DNA of 37,651 nucleotides, from positions 1-37,651 of the forward strand of contig CAUJFK010000368.1 of NCBI GenBank assembly GCA_963169175.1. Direction: 5' to 3'. Both the position numbers and the translations under genes were made by a program. Each line of letters starts with the position of its first letter. Positions within the stretch are counted from its first letter, which is position 1. The DNA comes from Acidobacteriota bacterium (GTDB taxonomy: Bacteria; Acidobacteriota; Blastocatellia; Pyrinomonadales; Pyrinomonadaceae). Shown here piece by piece: positions 8,643-16,291 of the stretch. The notes below the pieces were generated by a model, which was not told the origin of the DNA, did not search any database, and saw only the letters and a program-made list of their open reading frames with translations.

Positions 8643-8989
8643 AGGAGATGCGAGTTCATGCGAAGTTCAGATTCGAGATTGTAACATGAGTTTCACCCGC
8701 CCGTCGCTCACCTGGCCGCCCTCGATGATGGTCACACTCCTCCGGGTGCGTTATTACAGGCTTGTCGGCGCCGTAATCATTTCCACCTATCACCTGCCGG
8801 GAATTGATGGATCGGGAATGGTCCGGCTGATGATTTGGCCTACGGATTCGGCGGGTTGAATCGAATGGGAGGCAGGTGAGGGACGATGACGGTTGACATG
8901 ACCATCCGGGACAACTGATAACGCGGGCAGGTGAACCGTCATGGCGTGTCTGTGTGAATGCGGGCATTGCGCTCGAAAGCCCGGTAAAT

Positions 8990-9018
8990 TTGACACTACG
9001 ACCCGAAAACCATAATAT
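8990..9018 (+). promoter_or_regulatory. Candidate sigma70-type promoter for ffh
   Basis: TTGACA at 8990-8995, a 17 nt spacer, then TAATAT at 9013-9018, about 37 nt upstream of the ffh ATG. A small hairpin (ttcggct cttgt agccgaa) lies in the predicted leader. Confidence 0.4.
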
Positions 9019-9054
9019 TTATAGTTTCGGCTCTTGTAGCCGAAGTGTGTCTGT

Positions 9055-10557
9055 ATGTTCGAATCGCTGTCGGATAAGCTGAAGAAAACGCTCAAACAAC
9101 TGCGTGGGGCGGGCAAGTTGACGCCTGAGCATGTGGATGCGGCGTTGCGCGAGATCCGGATGGCGCTGCTTGAGGCGGACGTTAACTATAAGGTCGCAAA
9201 GGACTTTGTCGAATCGGTCCGGGCAAAGGCGGAAGGGCAGGAAGTTTGGCAGGGGTTGAATCCGCACGAGCAGGTCGTAAAAATAGTTTATGACGAACTG
9301 GTCGAATTGATGGGCGGAACCTCGTCGCGGCTGGTCTTTACCAAGCAGATCCCGAACGTCGTGATGATCGTCGGGCTGCAGGGATCTGGCAAAACGACCT
9401 CGACCGGCAAGATATCACGCTGGCTGCGCGACAATCAGGAACGCAAGCCGCTGCTCGTGTCCGTTGACGTCTATCGCCCGGCGGCGCGTGAGCAATTAAG
9501 GGTTGTCGGCGGGGCAGTTGGCGTTCCGGTCTATCAGGACAAGGAAACCAACGACCCGATGACTCTCGTCCGCGGTGCCGTAAAGCACTCGCAGGAAATG
9601 GGTTACGACACCCTGATGATCGACACGGCCGGGCGTCTGCACATCGACGACGAGCTGATGTCCGAGCTCGAACAGATAAAGGCCGAGACCAAACCGATCG
9701 AAGTTTTATTTGTCGCGGATGCAATGACCGGCCAGGACGCCGTCCGTTCGGCCGAGGTTTTCCACGAGAGAGTAGGAATTACGGGCGTTGTCCTTACAAA
9801 AATGGACGGCGATGCCCGCGGCGGTGCGGCACTTTCGATCAAACAGGTTATCGGCCAGCCGGTGAAATTTGTTGGCGTCGGCGAAAAATACGACGCGATC
9901 GAGCCGTTCTATCCCGACCGCATAACGCAGCGAATACTCGGCATGGGCGACGTTCTGTCGCTGATCGAAGAGGTCCAGGGCAAGATCGACGAGGACGAAG
10001 CCCAGGAACAACTGCGGAAAATGACGAGCAATCAGTTCACGCTCGAAGATTTTCGCAGCCAGCTCGGCCAGTTCAAAAAGCTCGGTTCGATGTCGAAGCT
10101 CATGAAAATGCTGCCCGAACAAATGACCGGCGGCCTTCAGCTAAACGACGAACAATCAGCCGAAGTCGATACGCAAATGAGAAAGACCGAGGCAATAATC
10201 GATTCGATGACGAAACGCGAGCGGAACGAATACAAGATCATCGACGCCAGCCGCAAAACACGGATCGCTCACGGCTCAGGCAGTACGATCGCGGACGTTA
10301 ACCAGCTTCTCCGGCAATATGAGCAAATGCGCAAGATGATGGCGCAGATGGGCAAGGGCGGGCTACTTGGCGGTTTGGGACGAAAAATGATGGGCGGCCT
10401 CGCCGGCGGTTTAGGCGGAATGTTAGGCGGAGGCGGCGGAATTCCGGGCGGCCTGACGGGTTTATTGGGCGGCGGCGATGGATTTGACGATGAGCCAAAC
10501 GGCTCAACAGCAAAAGGCAGTATCAGGAAAAAGAAAAGGCACAAGAAACGACGTTGA
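9055..10557 (+). CDS. ffh: Signal recognition particle protein Ffh, with an unusual Gly-rich and polybasic C-terminal tail
   Basis: MFESLSDKLKKTLKQLRG..., GLQGSGKTTSTGKI (P-loop), DTAGRL, and a Met-rich M domain. It sits at the conserved position ahead of rpsP. Confidence 0.95.
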   Translation: MFESLSDKLKKTLKQLRGAGKLTPEHVDAALREIRMALLEADVNYKVAKDFVESVRAKAEGQEVWQGLNPHEQVVKIVYDELVELMGGTSSRLVFTKQIPNVVMIVGLQGSGKTTSTGKISRWLRDNQERKPLLVSVDVYRPAAREQLRVVGGAVGVPVYQDKETNDPMTLVRGAVKHSQEMGYDTLMIDTAGRLHIDDELMSELEQIKAETKPIEVLFVADAMTGQDAVRSAEVFHERVGITGVVLTKMDGDARGGAALSIKQVIGQPVKFVGVGEKYDAIEPFYPDRITQRILGMGDVLSLIEEVQGKIDEDEAQEQLRKMTSNQFTLEDFRSQLGQFKKLGSMSKLMKMLPEQMTGGLQLNDEQSAEVDTQMRKTEAIIDSMTKRERNEYKIIDASRKTRIAHGSGSTIADVNQLLRQYEQMRKMMAQMGKGGLLGGLGRKMMGGLAGGLGGMLGGGGGIPGGLTGLLGGGDGFDDEPNGSTAKGSIRKKKRHKKRR

Positions 10558-10598
10558 TACGTTCGAGATCGAATTGCTCAACCTCTCGATAGAAAATT

Positions 10599-11105
10599 AT
10601 GTTAGCAATCAGCTTAATGAGAATGGGCTCGAAGGGTAAACCCTTCTATCGCCTGGTGGTCAAAGAAAAGCGTTCCAAGCGCGATGGTGCGTATCTTGAG
10701 AATGTGGGCACGTACAATCCGATGGCGGACCCGGCGGAAGTGAACCTGAAGCACGAACGGATCCAGTATTGGATCGGCGTTGGTGCCCAGCCGACGGATA
10801 CGGTAAAAAGCCTTATCAAGAACAACCCGGTCCAGACCGAGGAAGAAAAGGCCGCAGGATTGAAGGCTCGCGCCGACAAGAAAGAGGCTGACCGCGTTGC
10901 ACGCGAAGCCGCCAAGAAAGCCGAAGCCGAAAAGCTCGAGGCCGAACGCGTAGCTGCTGAAAAGGCCGCCGCGGACGCCGCCGCTGCCGAAGCTGCTGTC
11001 GCGGAAGCCGCAAGTGCTGAGGCTGCGCCGGCTGAGGGCGGCGAGGCCGCTGAAGCTCCGGCGGAAGAAGCTGCTGCTGAGGAAGCTCCGAAGGCGCAAG
11101 AATAA
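10599..11105 (+). CDS. rpsP: 30S ribosomal protein S16 with an Ala/Glu-rich C-terminal extension of about 90 aa
   Basis: MLAISLMRMGSKGKPFYRLVVKEKRSKRDGAYLENVGTYNP is a canonical S16 core. The tail is AEKAAADAAAAEAAVAEAASAEAAPAEGGE... Confidence 0.9.
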   Translation: MLAISLMRMGSKGKPFYRLVVKEKRSKRDGAYLENVGTYNPMADPAEVNLKHERIQYWIGVGAQPTDTVKSLIKNNPVQTEEEKAAGLKARADKKEADRVAREAAKKAEAEKLEAERVAAEKAAADAAAAEAAVAEAASAEAAPAEGGEAAEAPAEEAAAEEAPKAQE

Positions 11106-11194
11106 GGGAACACAGGCTTCGGTCCGCAACACGCTCGCCTGTACGAAAGCCGGCTTGCGGCCTTGGGAACTAAAGTCCGCGTTCCGGCTGGAAA

Positions 11195-11428
11195 ATGAAG
11201 CAAGCTATTGAAAAGGTGATCAAAGCCCTTGTCGGCTCGCCCGATCTGGTCGAGGTGTATGAGCAGGGCGACGGCAAGAACATCCGGTTTCGCGTACGCG
11301 TTTCGCCTGATGATTACGGCCGCCTGATCGGCCGCGAAGGCCGGAATATCAAGGCGATCCGCAGCTTGCTATTTGTCAGCGGACAAAAGCATGGCCGGCG
11401 CTACCACCTTGACCTCGAAGAGGATTAG
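11195..11428 (+). CDS. KH-domain RNA-binding protein (UPF0109/YlqC family)
   Basis: 77 aa with LVEVYEQGDGKNIRFRVRVSPDDYGRLIGREGRNIKAIRSLL (GxxG KH motif). It occupies the conserved position between rpsP and rimM. Confidence 0.85.
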   Translation: MKQAIEKVIKALVGSPDLVEVYEQGDGKNIRFRVRVSPDDYGRLIGREGRNIKAIRSLLFVSGQKHGRRYHLDLEED

Positions 11429-11430
11429 TT

Positions 11431-11492
11431 CGACAGACTTCAGTTTGTCGTGCTTTGTTTCGAGGAGCGATGCGACAAACTGAAATCTGTCG
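11431..11492 (+). promoter_or_regulatory. 20 bp-stem inverted repeat that places the rimM SD and start codon in its loop
   Basis: cgacagacttcagtttgtcg (11431-11450) and cgacaaactgaaatctgtcg (11473-11492) are reverse complements in 19/20 positions. The loop 11451-11472 contains gaggag and ATG 11470. Confidence 0.5.
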
Positions 11493-12006
11493 GACGATTG
11501 TGGACGAACTTGTCGCGATAGCCAAAATAGTCAGAACGCGAGGTTTGCGCGGCGAGGTCGTTGCGGAAGTTCTGACCGATTTCCCCGAGCGGTTCGAGGG
11601 ACTTGCAGATGTGACCGCCCTTCTGCCAAATGGCAAAAGGCGGGAATTGAAAATTGAAGGGTACTTCTTTCAGAATGACCGCATAGTGATGAAATTTGCC
11701 GGATTCGATTCGATCGAGTCTGCCGAAATGCTGCGTGATGCCGTGGTTTGCGTTGAGGAAGCTGATGCGGTCGAGCTTGGGGAAGATGAGTATTTTGACT
11801 GGGAACTGCAGGCCTGTGAGGTCCAAACCGTAGTCGGCGAAAAACTTGGTACGGTTCGTGAGATCTTGCGGACCGGCGGCACCGATGTGCTGTTGATTGA
11901 TGGCCAGGACAAGGAATTGATGATTCCGTTTGCTGAGTCTATTTGCATAGATGTTGACGTGGATGGCAAACGTATCATTGTCGATCCGCCGGACGGAATT
12001 ATTTAA
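11470..12006 (+). CDS. rimM: 16S rRNA processing protein RimM
   Basis: ELVAIAKIVRTRGLRGEVVAEVLTDFPERF is typical of the RimM N-terminus, and a PRC-barrel-like C-terminus follows. ATG 11470 is preceded by gaggag at 11462-11467. The ORF track begins at TTG 11455. Confidence 0.9.
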   Translation: MRQTEICRTIVDELVAIAKIVRTRGLRGEVVAEVLTDFPERFEGLADVTALLPNGKRRELKIEGYFFQNDRIVMKFAGFDSIESAEMLRDAVVCVEEADAVELGEDEYFDWELQACEVQTVVGEKLGTVREILRTGGTDVLLIDGQDKELMIPFAESICIDVDVDGKRIIVDPPDGII

Positions 12007-12033
12007 TTTTATAACTCTTATCGGTACTAATTG

Positions 12034-12071
12034 ATTTGAGATCTGAAATTTGAGATCTGAAATTTGGGATC
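12034..12071 (+). repeat. Tandem 14 nt repeat (2.7 copies) in the rimM-trmD spacer
   Basis: atttgagatctgaa occurs at 12034-12047 and again at 12048-12061, followed by atttgggatc at 12062-12071. The two full units contain the palindrome AGATCT. The array ends 4 nt before the trmD ATG. Confidence 0.7.
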
Positions 12072-12075
12072 AAAG

Positions 12076-12789
12076 ATGCAGATCGACGTATTAACAATTT
12101 TCCCCGAGTTTTTCGGGCAGGTCTTTGATTTTGGAATAATTCGCCGGGCAAAGCACGCAGCGATCGTGGGAATTAATGTCCGCGACATCCGCGAATTCGC
12201 GGTAGACAAGCATAAAATGACCGACGACCGGCCGTTTGGCGGCGGCGACGGGATGGTGATGAAGCCAGAGCCGCTATTTGCTGCGATCGAGCATTTGCTT
12301 GGAACGAGCGATCGAGATGCTTATCCGGCTGGCACGAAGGTCGTTTTACTTTCGCCGCAGGGACAGCCGCTGAAACAGCCGCTTGTGAAAAGGCTCGCCG
12401 ACGAAACCGAGAGAATGATTGTGATTTGCGGGCGATACGAGGGCGTGGACGAACGGGTGAATGAAGCACTCGTTACGGATGAAATATCCATCGGCGATTA
12501 TGTTTTGTCGGGTGGCGAACCGGCGGCGGTCGTGCTGGTCGATTCGATAGTGAGGCTGCTTCCTGACGCTTTGGGAAGCGAGACGTCGGCTGAGAACGAC
12601 TCATTTTCGAATGGTTTATTAGATTGCCCGCATTATACGAGGCCGGCGGAATTTCGCGGAATGCTCGTTCCGGAAGTGCTTTTGAACGGCAACCATGCCG
12701 ACATCGAAAAATGGCGTCGCGAAAAGGCGTTAGAGAAAACAAGGGAATTTAGAAAGGACCTTTTGACAGGAGAAAATGGTGAAATGTGA
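12076..12789 (+). CDS. trmD: tRNA (guanine37-N1)-methyltransferase TrmD
   Basis: [13 protein letters not shown]..., [27 protein letters not shown], and [20 protein letters not shown]. Confidence 0.95.
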   Translation: MQIDVLTIFPEFFGQVFDFGIIRRAKHAAIVGINVRDIREFAVDKHKMTDDRPFGGGDGMVMKPEPLFAAIEHLLGTSDRDAYPAGTKVVLLSPQGQPLKQPLVKRLADETERMIVICGRYEGVDERVNEALVTDEISIGDYVLSGGEPAAVVLVDSIVRLLPDALGSETSAENDSFSNGLLDCPHYTRPAEFRGMLVPEVLLNGNHADIEKWRREKALEKTREFRKDLLTGENGEM

Positions 12790-12868
12790 GTATTGGAACG
12801 CCGTCCTCCCCGACGGCGATGCCAGCGAGAGGCTGGCGTTCCCGTGCTGACCTCTGGCCGACATCGAT

Positions 12869-13237
12869 ATGAACAGATTAGATCTGGTTGAGAACACACA
12901 ATTAAGGGATAACATCCCCGCATTCCAGTCGGGCGACACCGTAAAGGTGCACGTCCGCATTAAGGAAGGTAACAAGGAGCGCCTTCAGGTTTTTGAAGGC
13001 ATTGTCATCGCCCGCAAACACGGCGGCGTTCGCGAGACCGTTACCGTCCGCAAGGTGAGTTTCGGCGTCGGCGTCGAGCGCATATTTCCGCTGCACGCGA
13101 CGGTCGTTGACCACATTGACGTCGTCCGCCGCGGCAAGGTCCGCCGGGCTAAGCTCTACTACTTGCGTGAACTCCGCGGCAAGGCTGCCCGTATCAAGGA
13201 AAAGGATACGCGTAACAAAGCGCAGTCCGCAAAATAG
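12869..13237 (+). CDS. rplS: 50S ribosomal protein L19
   Basis: [38 protein letters not shown]...[22 protein letters not shown]. Confidence 0.95.
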   Translation: MNRLDLVENTQLRDNIPAFQSGDTVKVHVRIKEGNKERLQVFEGIVIARKHGGVRETVTVRKVSFGVGVERIFPLHATVVDHIDVVRRGKVRRAKLYYLRELRGKAARIKEKDTRNKAQSAK

Positions 13238-13330
13238 GTTTCGACTGGGAATTGTAAGTTGGATAATTGTTAGCTGGGCATGTTTAGCTGCCAATTAACA
13301 ATCTCGAAATTTACAATTGCTGAAAGAGAA

Positions 13331-13723
13331 ATGAGATCAGGGCGTCGCGAATTCGTCGTTGCATCGGGAACGGCGGCCGTGTACGCCCTTTTACCGTCTT
13401 TCAGGGTCAACGGAGAATCGAAGATGTACGGACTAATAGGCAAAGCGATAACGGTCGAAGGGAAGCGGGACGAGTTTATCAAGATCTTGCTCGAGGGCGT
13501 TTCCGATATGCCGGGATGCCTGAGCTACGTTGTCGCTAAAGACCCGAAGGACAAGAATGCCGTTTGGATAACCGAAGTCTGGGACAGCGCCGAAAACCAC
13601 AAGGCTTCGCTGCAGCTTCCTTCAGTGAAGGCCGCGATAGCGAAGGGTCGGCCGTTAATTGCCAGCTTTGCCGAGCACTTTACGACCGAGCCCGTAGGCG
13701 GTCACGGCCTGGCGAAAAAATAG
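13331..13723 (+). CDS. ABM (antibiotic biosynthesis monooxygenase-like) domain protein, possibly with a Tat-type leader
   Basis: The core MYGLIGKAITVEGKRDEFIKILLEGVSD...VWITEVWDSAENHKASL resembles the ABM fold family. The upstream in-frame MRSGRREFVVASGTAAVYALLP resembles a twin-arginine signal. The start is either 13331 or the internal ATG of MYGL. Confidence 0.65.
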   Translation: MRSGRREFVVASGTAAVYALLPSFRVNGESKMYGLIGKAITVEGKRDEFIKILLEGVSDMPGCLSYVVAKDPKDKNAVWITEVWDSAENHKASLQLPSVKAAIAKGRPLIASFAEHFTTEPVGGHGLAKK

Positions 13724-13772
13724 CCTGACTCACAGGCTCGCTTTTACTCAATAACGATCTATAATTCATACC

Positions 13773-14450
13773 GTGAACGAGTTTCAACTGCAGGCGGCAA
13801 AGCAGGTCTGGTTGATCGGTTTCGATTTCGAAGACCAGGCCCGAAGCGAAGGGTTCCTCTATATTGCAGGTGTTGATGAAGTAGGCCGTGGCTGTTTGGC
13901 CGGGCCGGTAGTTGCGGCCGCGTGCATTCTTGATCGGGAAAAATCGGTGCCTGAAGGGCTGAACGATTCAAAAAAACTTACCACAAAGCGGAGGGCCGAG
14001 ATCGCGGAAGAACTGCGGCATAGCGCGGTAGCGTTTGCGGTCGGTGTAGTTGAGGCCGATGAGATCGACCGGATCAATATTCTCGAAGCCACGAAGTTGG
14101 CAATGGTGAAGTCTATCAATGCTCTCAAACCCGCGGCTGACCATCTTCTTATCGACGCCCTTCAACTGAAACAGTCGAGCCTGCCGCAGAAAGCCATAAT
14201 CAAGGGCGACGCTATCTCGTATTCCATTGCCGCAGCCTCGGTCATCGCAAAGACCTACCGCGATGACCTTATGTGCAGATACGATTCGGAATATCCGCAA
14301 TATGGTTTTGCGGGGCACAAAGGATATGGCGCCGCAGTTCATCTTGAAGCTCTCCGTCGTCACGGGCCGTGTCCGCTGCATCGGCTTACATTCCGCGGAG
14401 TCTTGCCTGAAAAAGAGATCGAAGACACCCGCTCGCTTCTAAGCAGTTAG
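13773..14450 (+). CDS. rnhB: Ribonuclease HII
   Basis: IAGVDEVGRGCLAGPVVAAACIL, NDSKKLT, and ASVIAKTYRD. GTG start at 13773. Confidence 0.9.
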   Translation: MNEFQLQAAKQVWLIGFDFEDQARSEGFLYIAGVDEVGRGCLAGPVVAAACILDREKSVPEGLNDSKKLTTKRRAEIAEELRHSAVAFAVGVVEADEIDRINILEATKLAMVKSINALKPAADHLLIDALQLKQSSLPQKAIIKGDAISYSIAAASVIAKTYRDDLMCRYDSEYPQYGFAGHKGYGAAVHLEALRRHGPCPLHRLTFRGVLPEKEIEDTRSLLSS

Positions 14451-14534
14451 TCTTTCGGTGGCCAAAACACCCTTTTTGCGGCTGCATGCATCTTATTTCG
14501 CGTTTACTGATCACAGCCTATTTGGAGGATATCT

Positions 14535-15053
14535 ATGGACGGGGAAAGTTTTGCTGCCGGTAAGCCAAGTGCATTCGAGACGATCGTTTATGGCGGACTT
14601 GCCATTGGGGTACTTGATTTTCTGGATGCCAGTATCTTCTTTCCGCTTTATTACGGCATTGGCTTTTGGGATGTTTGGCACGGGCCCGCATCAGGTTTGA
14701 TAGGACGCGAAGCGGCGAGAGGCGGCGGTGCTGCGACAGCATTGCTTGGCATCTTTCTGCATTTTGTTGTCGCATTTTCGGTCGCGGCAGCCTATTTTGT
14801 GGTCGCCAGATATTTAGTGAGGGTGAAGCACTTCGTTATCATTGGCTTGCTATATGGAATTACGGCAAACCTGGTAATGCAGCATATCGTGATCCCGCTT
14901 TCAGCTATCGGGCCGCGAACAACTGTCGAGCCGCTCGGTTCTGTATTGAACAGCTTCATAGGCCACGCATTTTTGGTGGGCCTTCCGGTTGCGTCGATCG
15001 CGGCCTGGTCAGCATGGCGAAATGCTAAACGGATTAGGGAATATGATCGTTAA
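14535..15053 (+). CDS. Hypothetical polytopic membrane protein
   Basis: 172 aa with four or five hydrophobic segments (IVYGGLAIGVLDFL, ALLGIFLHFVVAFSVAAAYFVV, FVIIGLLYGITANLVM, FLVGLPVASIAAW). ggagga lies at 14524-14529, ahead of the ATG. Confidence 0.6.
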   Translation: MDGESFAAGKPSAFETIVYGGLAIGVLDFLDASIFFPLYYGIGFWDVWHGPASGLIGREAARGGGAATALLGIFLHFVVAFSVAAAYFVVARYLVRVKHFVIIGLLYGITANLVMQHIVIPLSAIGPRTTVEPLGSVLNSFIGHAFLVGLPVASIAAWSAWRNAKRIREYDR

Positions 15054-15174
15054 GTCTTCGGGTTGCCCTGTTCTTTGCGTTTGCAGGGGCCCGAGCGTGA
15101 TCGCCGGAGTTTAGCTTTTGCTAACGAGGCTGTGTCAAAATCCGAAAAGCTGCGGAGCAGCGGAATATTTGTAG

Positions 15175-15360
15175 CCCCACGTGAAGCGAAGCGAAACGTG
15201 GGGTTAGTCGAGCCTAAATCTCAAAGCCCGTGTAACGGGCGGCAGACTTTCGCTAAATTATTGACAGCAATAGATGCAACATGCCTCTCTGTCGCCCACT
15301 GCGTGGGCTGGGAGTCTTGTTTTCATCCTAACCACGGGTTCCGCTTTGCTCCACCCGTGG
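15175..15360. repeat. Cluster of four short GC-rich hairpins (REP-like) in a convergent intergenic gap
   Basis: Hairpin 1 is ccccacgt/acgtgggg (15175-15203). Hairpin 2 is gcccgt/acgggc (15226-15240). Hairpin 3 is gcccac/gtgggc (15294-15308). Hairpin 4 is ccacggg/cccgtgg (15332-15360). Confidence 0.5.
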
Positions 15361-15416
15361 CCACCGCTCTGCCATTGCTCCGCAGTTTAAGACAGTTGGC
15401 CAATCACTTTCTCGAC

Positions 15417-16247
15417 CTAAAATTCTATCCATTCGGTCGGCTGGCGATGATCGGAAAGCGTGATTTTTGTTTCCGCTGCGAAGAGCGGGGGCCGCATTCT
15501 GAGGGCGGTCTCGGCTGTGAGATGGGCAAGGTGTCGGTCGTTGGCCTTTTGCGACAGATGTGCAAGCACTATGTGTCGTGCGGTACCGTCGAAATCGTTT
15601 TGGAGCCAACCTGCGAGGTCCTCATTTGAAAGATGGCCGTGCCGGCCGGCAATGCGTTGCTTTAGCGACCAGCTATAGACCGGGCAGGCACGAAGCATGT
15701 CGCGGCTGTGGTTTGATTCGATAATTATCGCATCGCAGCCGTTCAGCTTGTCTTTCATTAGTTCGGTGATGTGGCCAAAATCGGTTAGTGTTGCAAGGCG
15801 AATCCCGCGATTCACTGCCAGAAAACCAAAATTGTCCACTGCATCGTGCGGGACAGTAAACGGTTCAAAATCGATATCGCCGATGCGAAATTCATTGTTT
15901 GATGTGATCTCGACGGACCGATCTTTCATCGCATCGCGCCGCTTTGCGGCCTCATCATCGCCATTGGCGCTTGAACCGCTGTACCCGTAGTACGCTTCCC
16001 GGGTCGGGCCTGAGAGATAAATACGGCAACGCACCTTTCCCAGCAAATTCCTAAGTCCGCCAACGTGATCGGAATGTTCGTGCGTGATCAGCACCGCATC
16101 GAGGTCGGCGGGATCGATACCCATTGCGCCCAATCTTTTTACCATCTCGCGGCAACTCAGCCCGGCGTCAACCAGGACACGCGTTTTTTCCGTTGCGATC
16201 AAAATTGCGTTGCCGGTCGAGCCGCTGCCAAGTACGGTAAACTTCAT
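15417..16247 (-). CDS. MBL-fold metallo-hydrolase
   Basis: MKFTVLGSGSTGNAILIATEKTRVLVDAGL and ITHEHSDHVGG (HxHxDH). The start is trimmed to ATG 16247 because the longer ORF (to 16541) would overlap the SDR gene. Confidence 0.8.
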   Translation of the reverse strand: MKFTVLGSGSTGNAILIATEKTRVLVDAGLSCREMVKRLGAMGIDPADLDAVLITHEHSDHVGGLRNLLGKVRCRIYLSGPTREAYYGYSGSSANGDDEAAKRRDAMKDRSVEITSNNEFRIGDIDFEPFTVPHDAVDNFGFLAVNRGIRLATLTDFGHITELMKDKLNGCDAIIIESNHSRDMLRACPVYSWSLKQRIAGRHGHLSNEDLAGWLQNDFDGTARHIVLAHLSQKANDRHLAHLTAETALRMRPPLFAAETKITLSDHRQPTEWIEF

Positions 16248-16291
16248 AAAAACAGTACGCCGCCCGGGGAAAGCAAGTCCGGACGGCTTGA

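Noticed and set aside
8826-8862. CTGATGA (a hammerhead core-like motif) and acggattcggcggg (resembling the ACGGATTCGACGGG found at tmRNA 5' ends) in the mod-ffh gap.
   Set aside because: There is no matching GAAA/stem III arrangement for a hammerhead. For a tmRNA there is no tag reading frame and no tRNA-like 3' end (T-arm, CCA), and a full-length tmRNA would run into ffh. These are most likely chance matches.
10646-11203. Long minus-strand ORFs (185, 172 and 65 aa) opposite rpsP, and a Pro-rich ORF opposite the ffh tail (10269-10544).
   Set aside because: These are antisense shadows of GC-rich, low-complexity Ala/Glu and Gly coding repeats. Their composition is not protein-like, and they overlap well-supported genes.
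12034-12071. The tandem repeat considered as a mini CRISPR-like array.
   Set aside because: The units are contiguous 14-mers without spacers, and no cas genes are present.
15063-15629. A 188 aa plus-strand ORF in the convergent gap.
   Set aside because: It is built from the hairpin repeats and then runs antisense into the MBL hydrolase gene. It has no recognisable domain or RBS.
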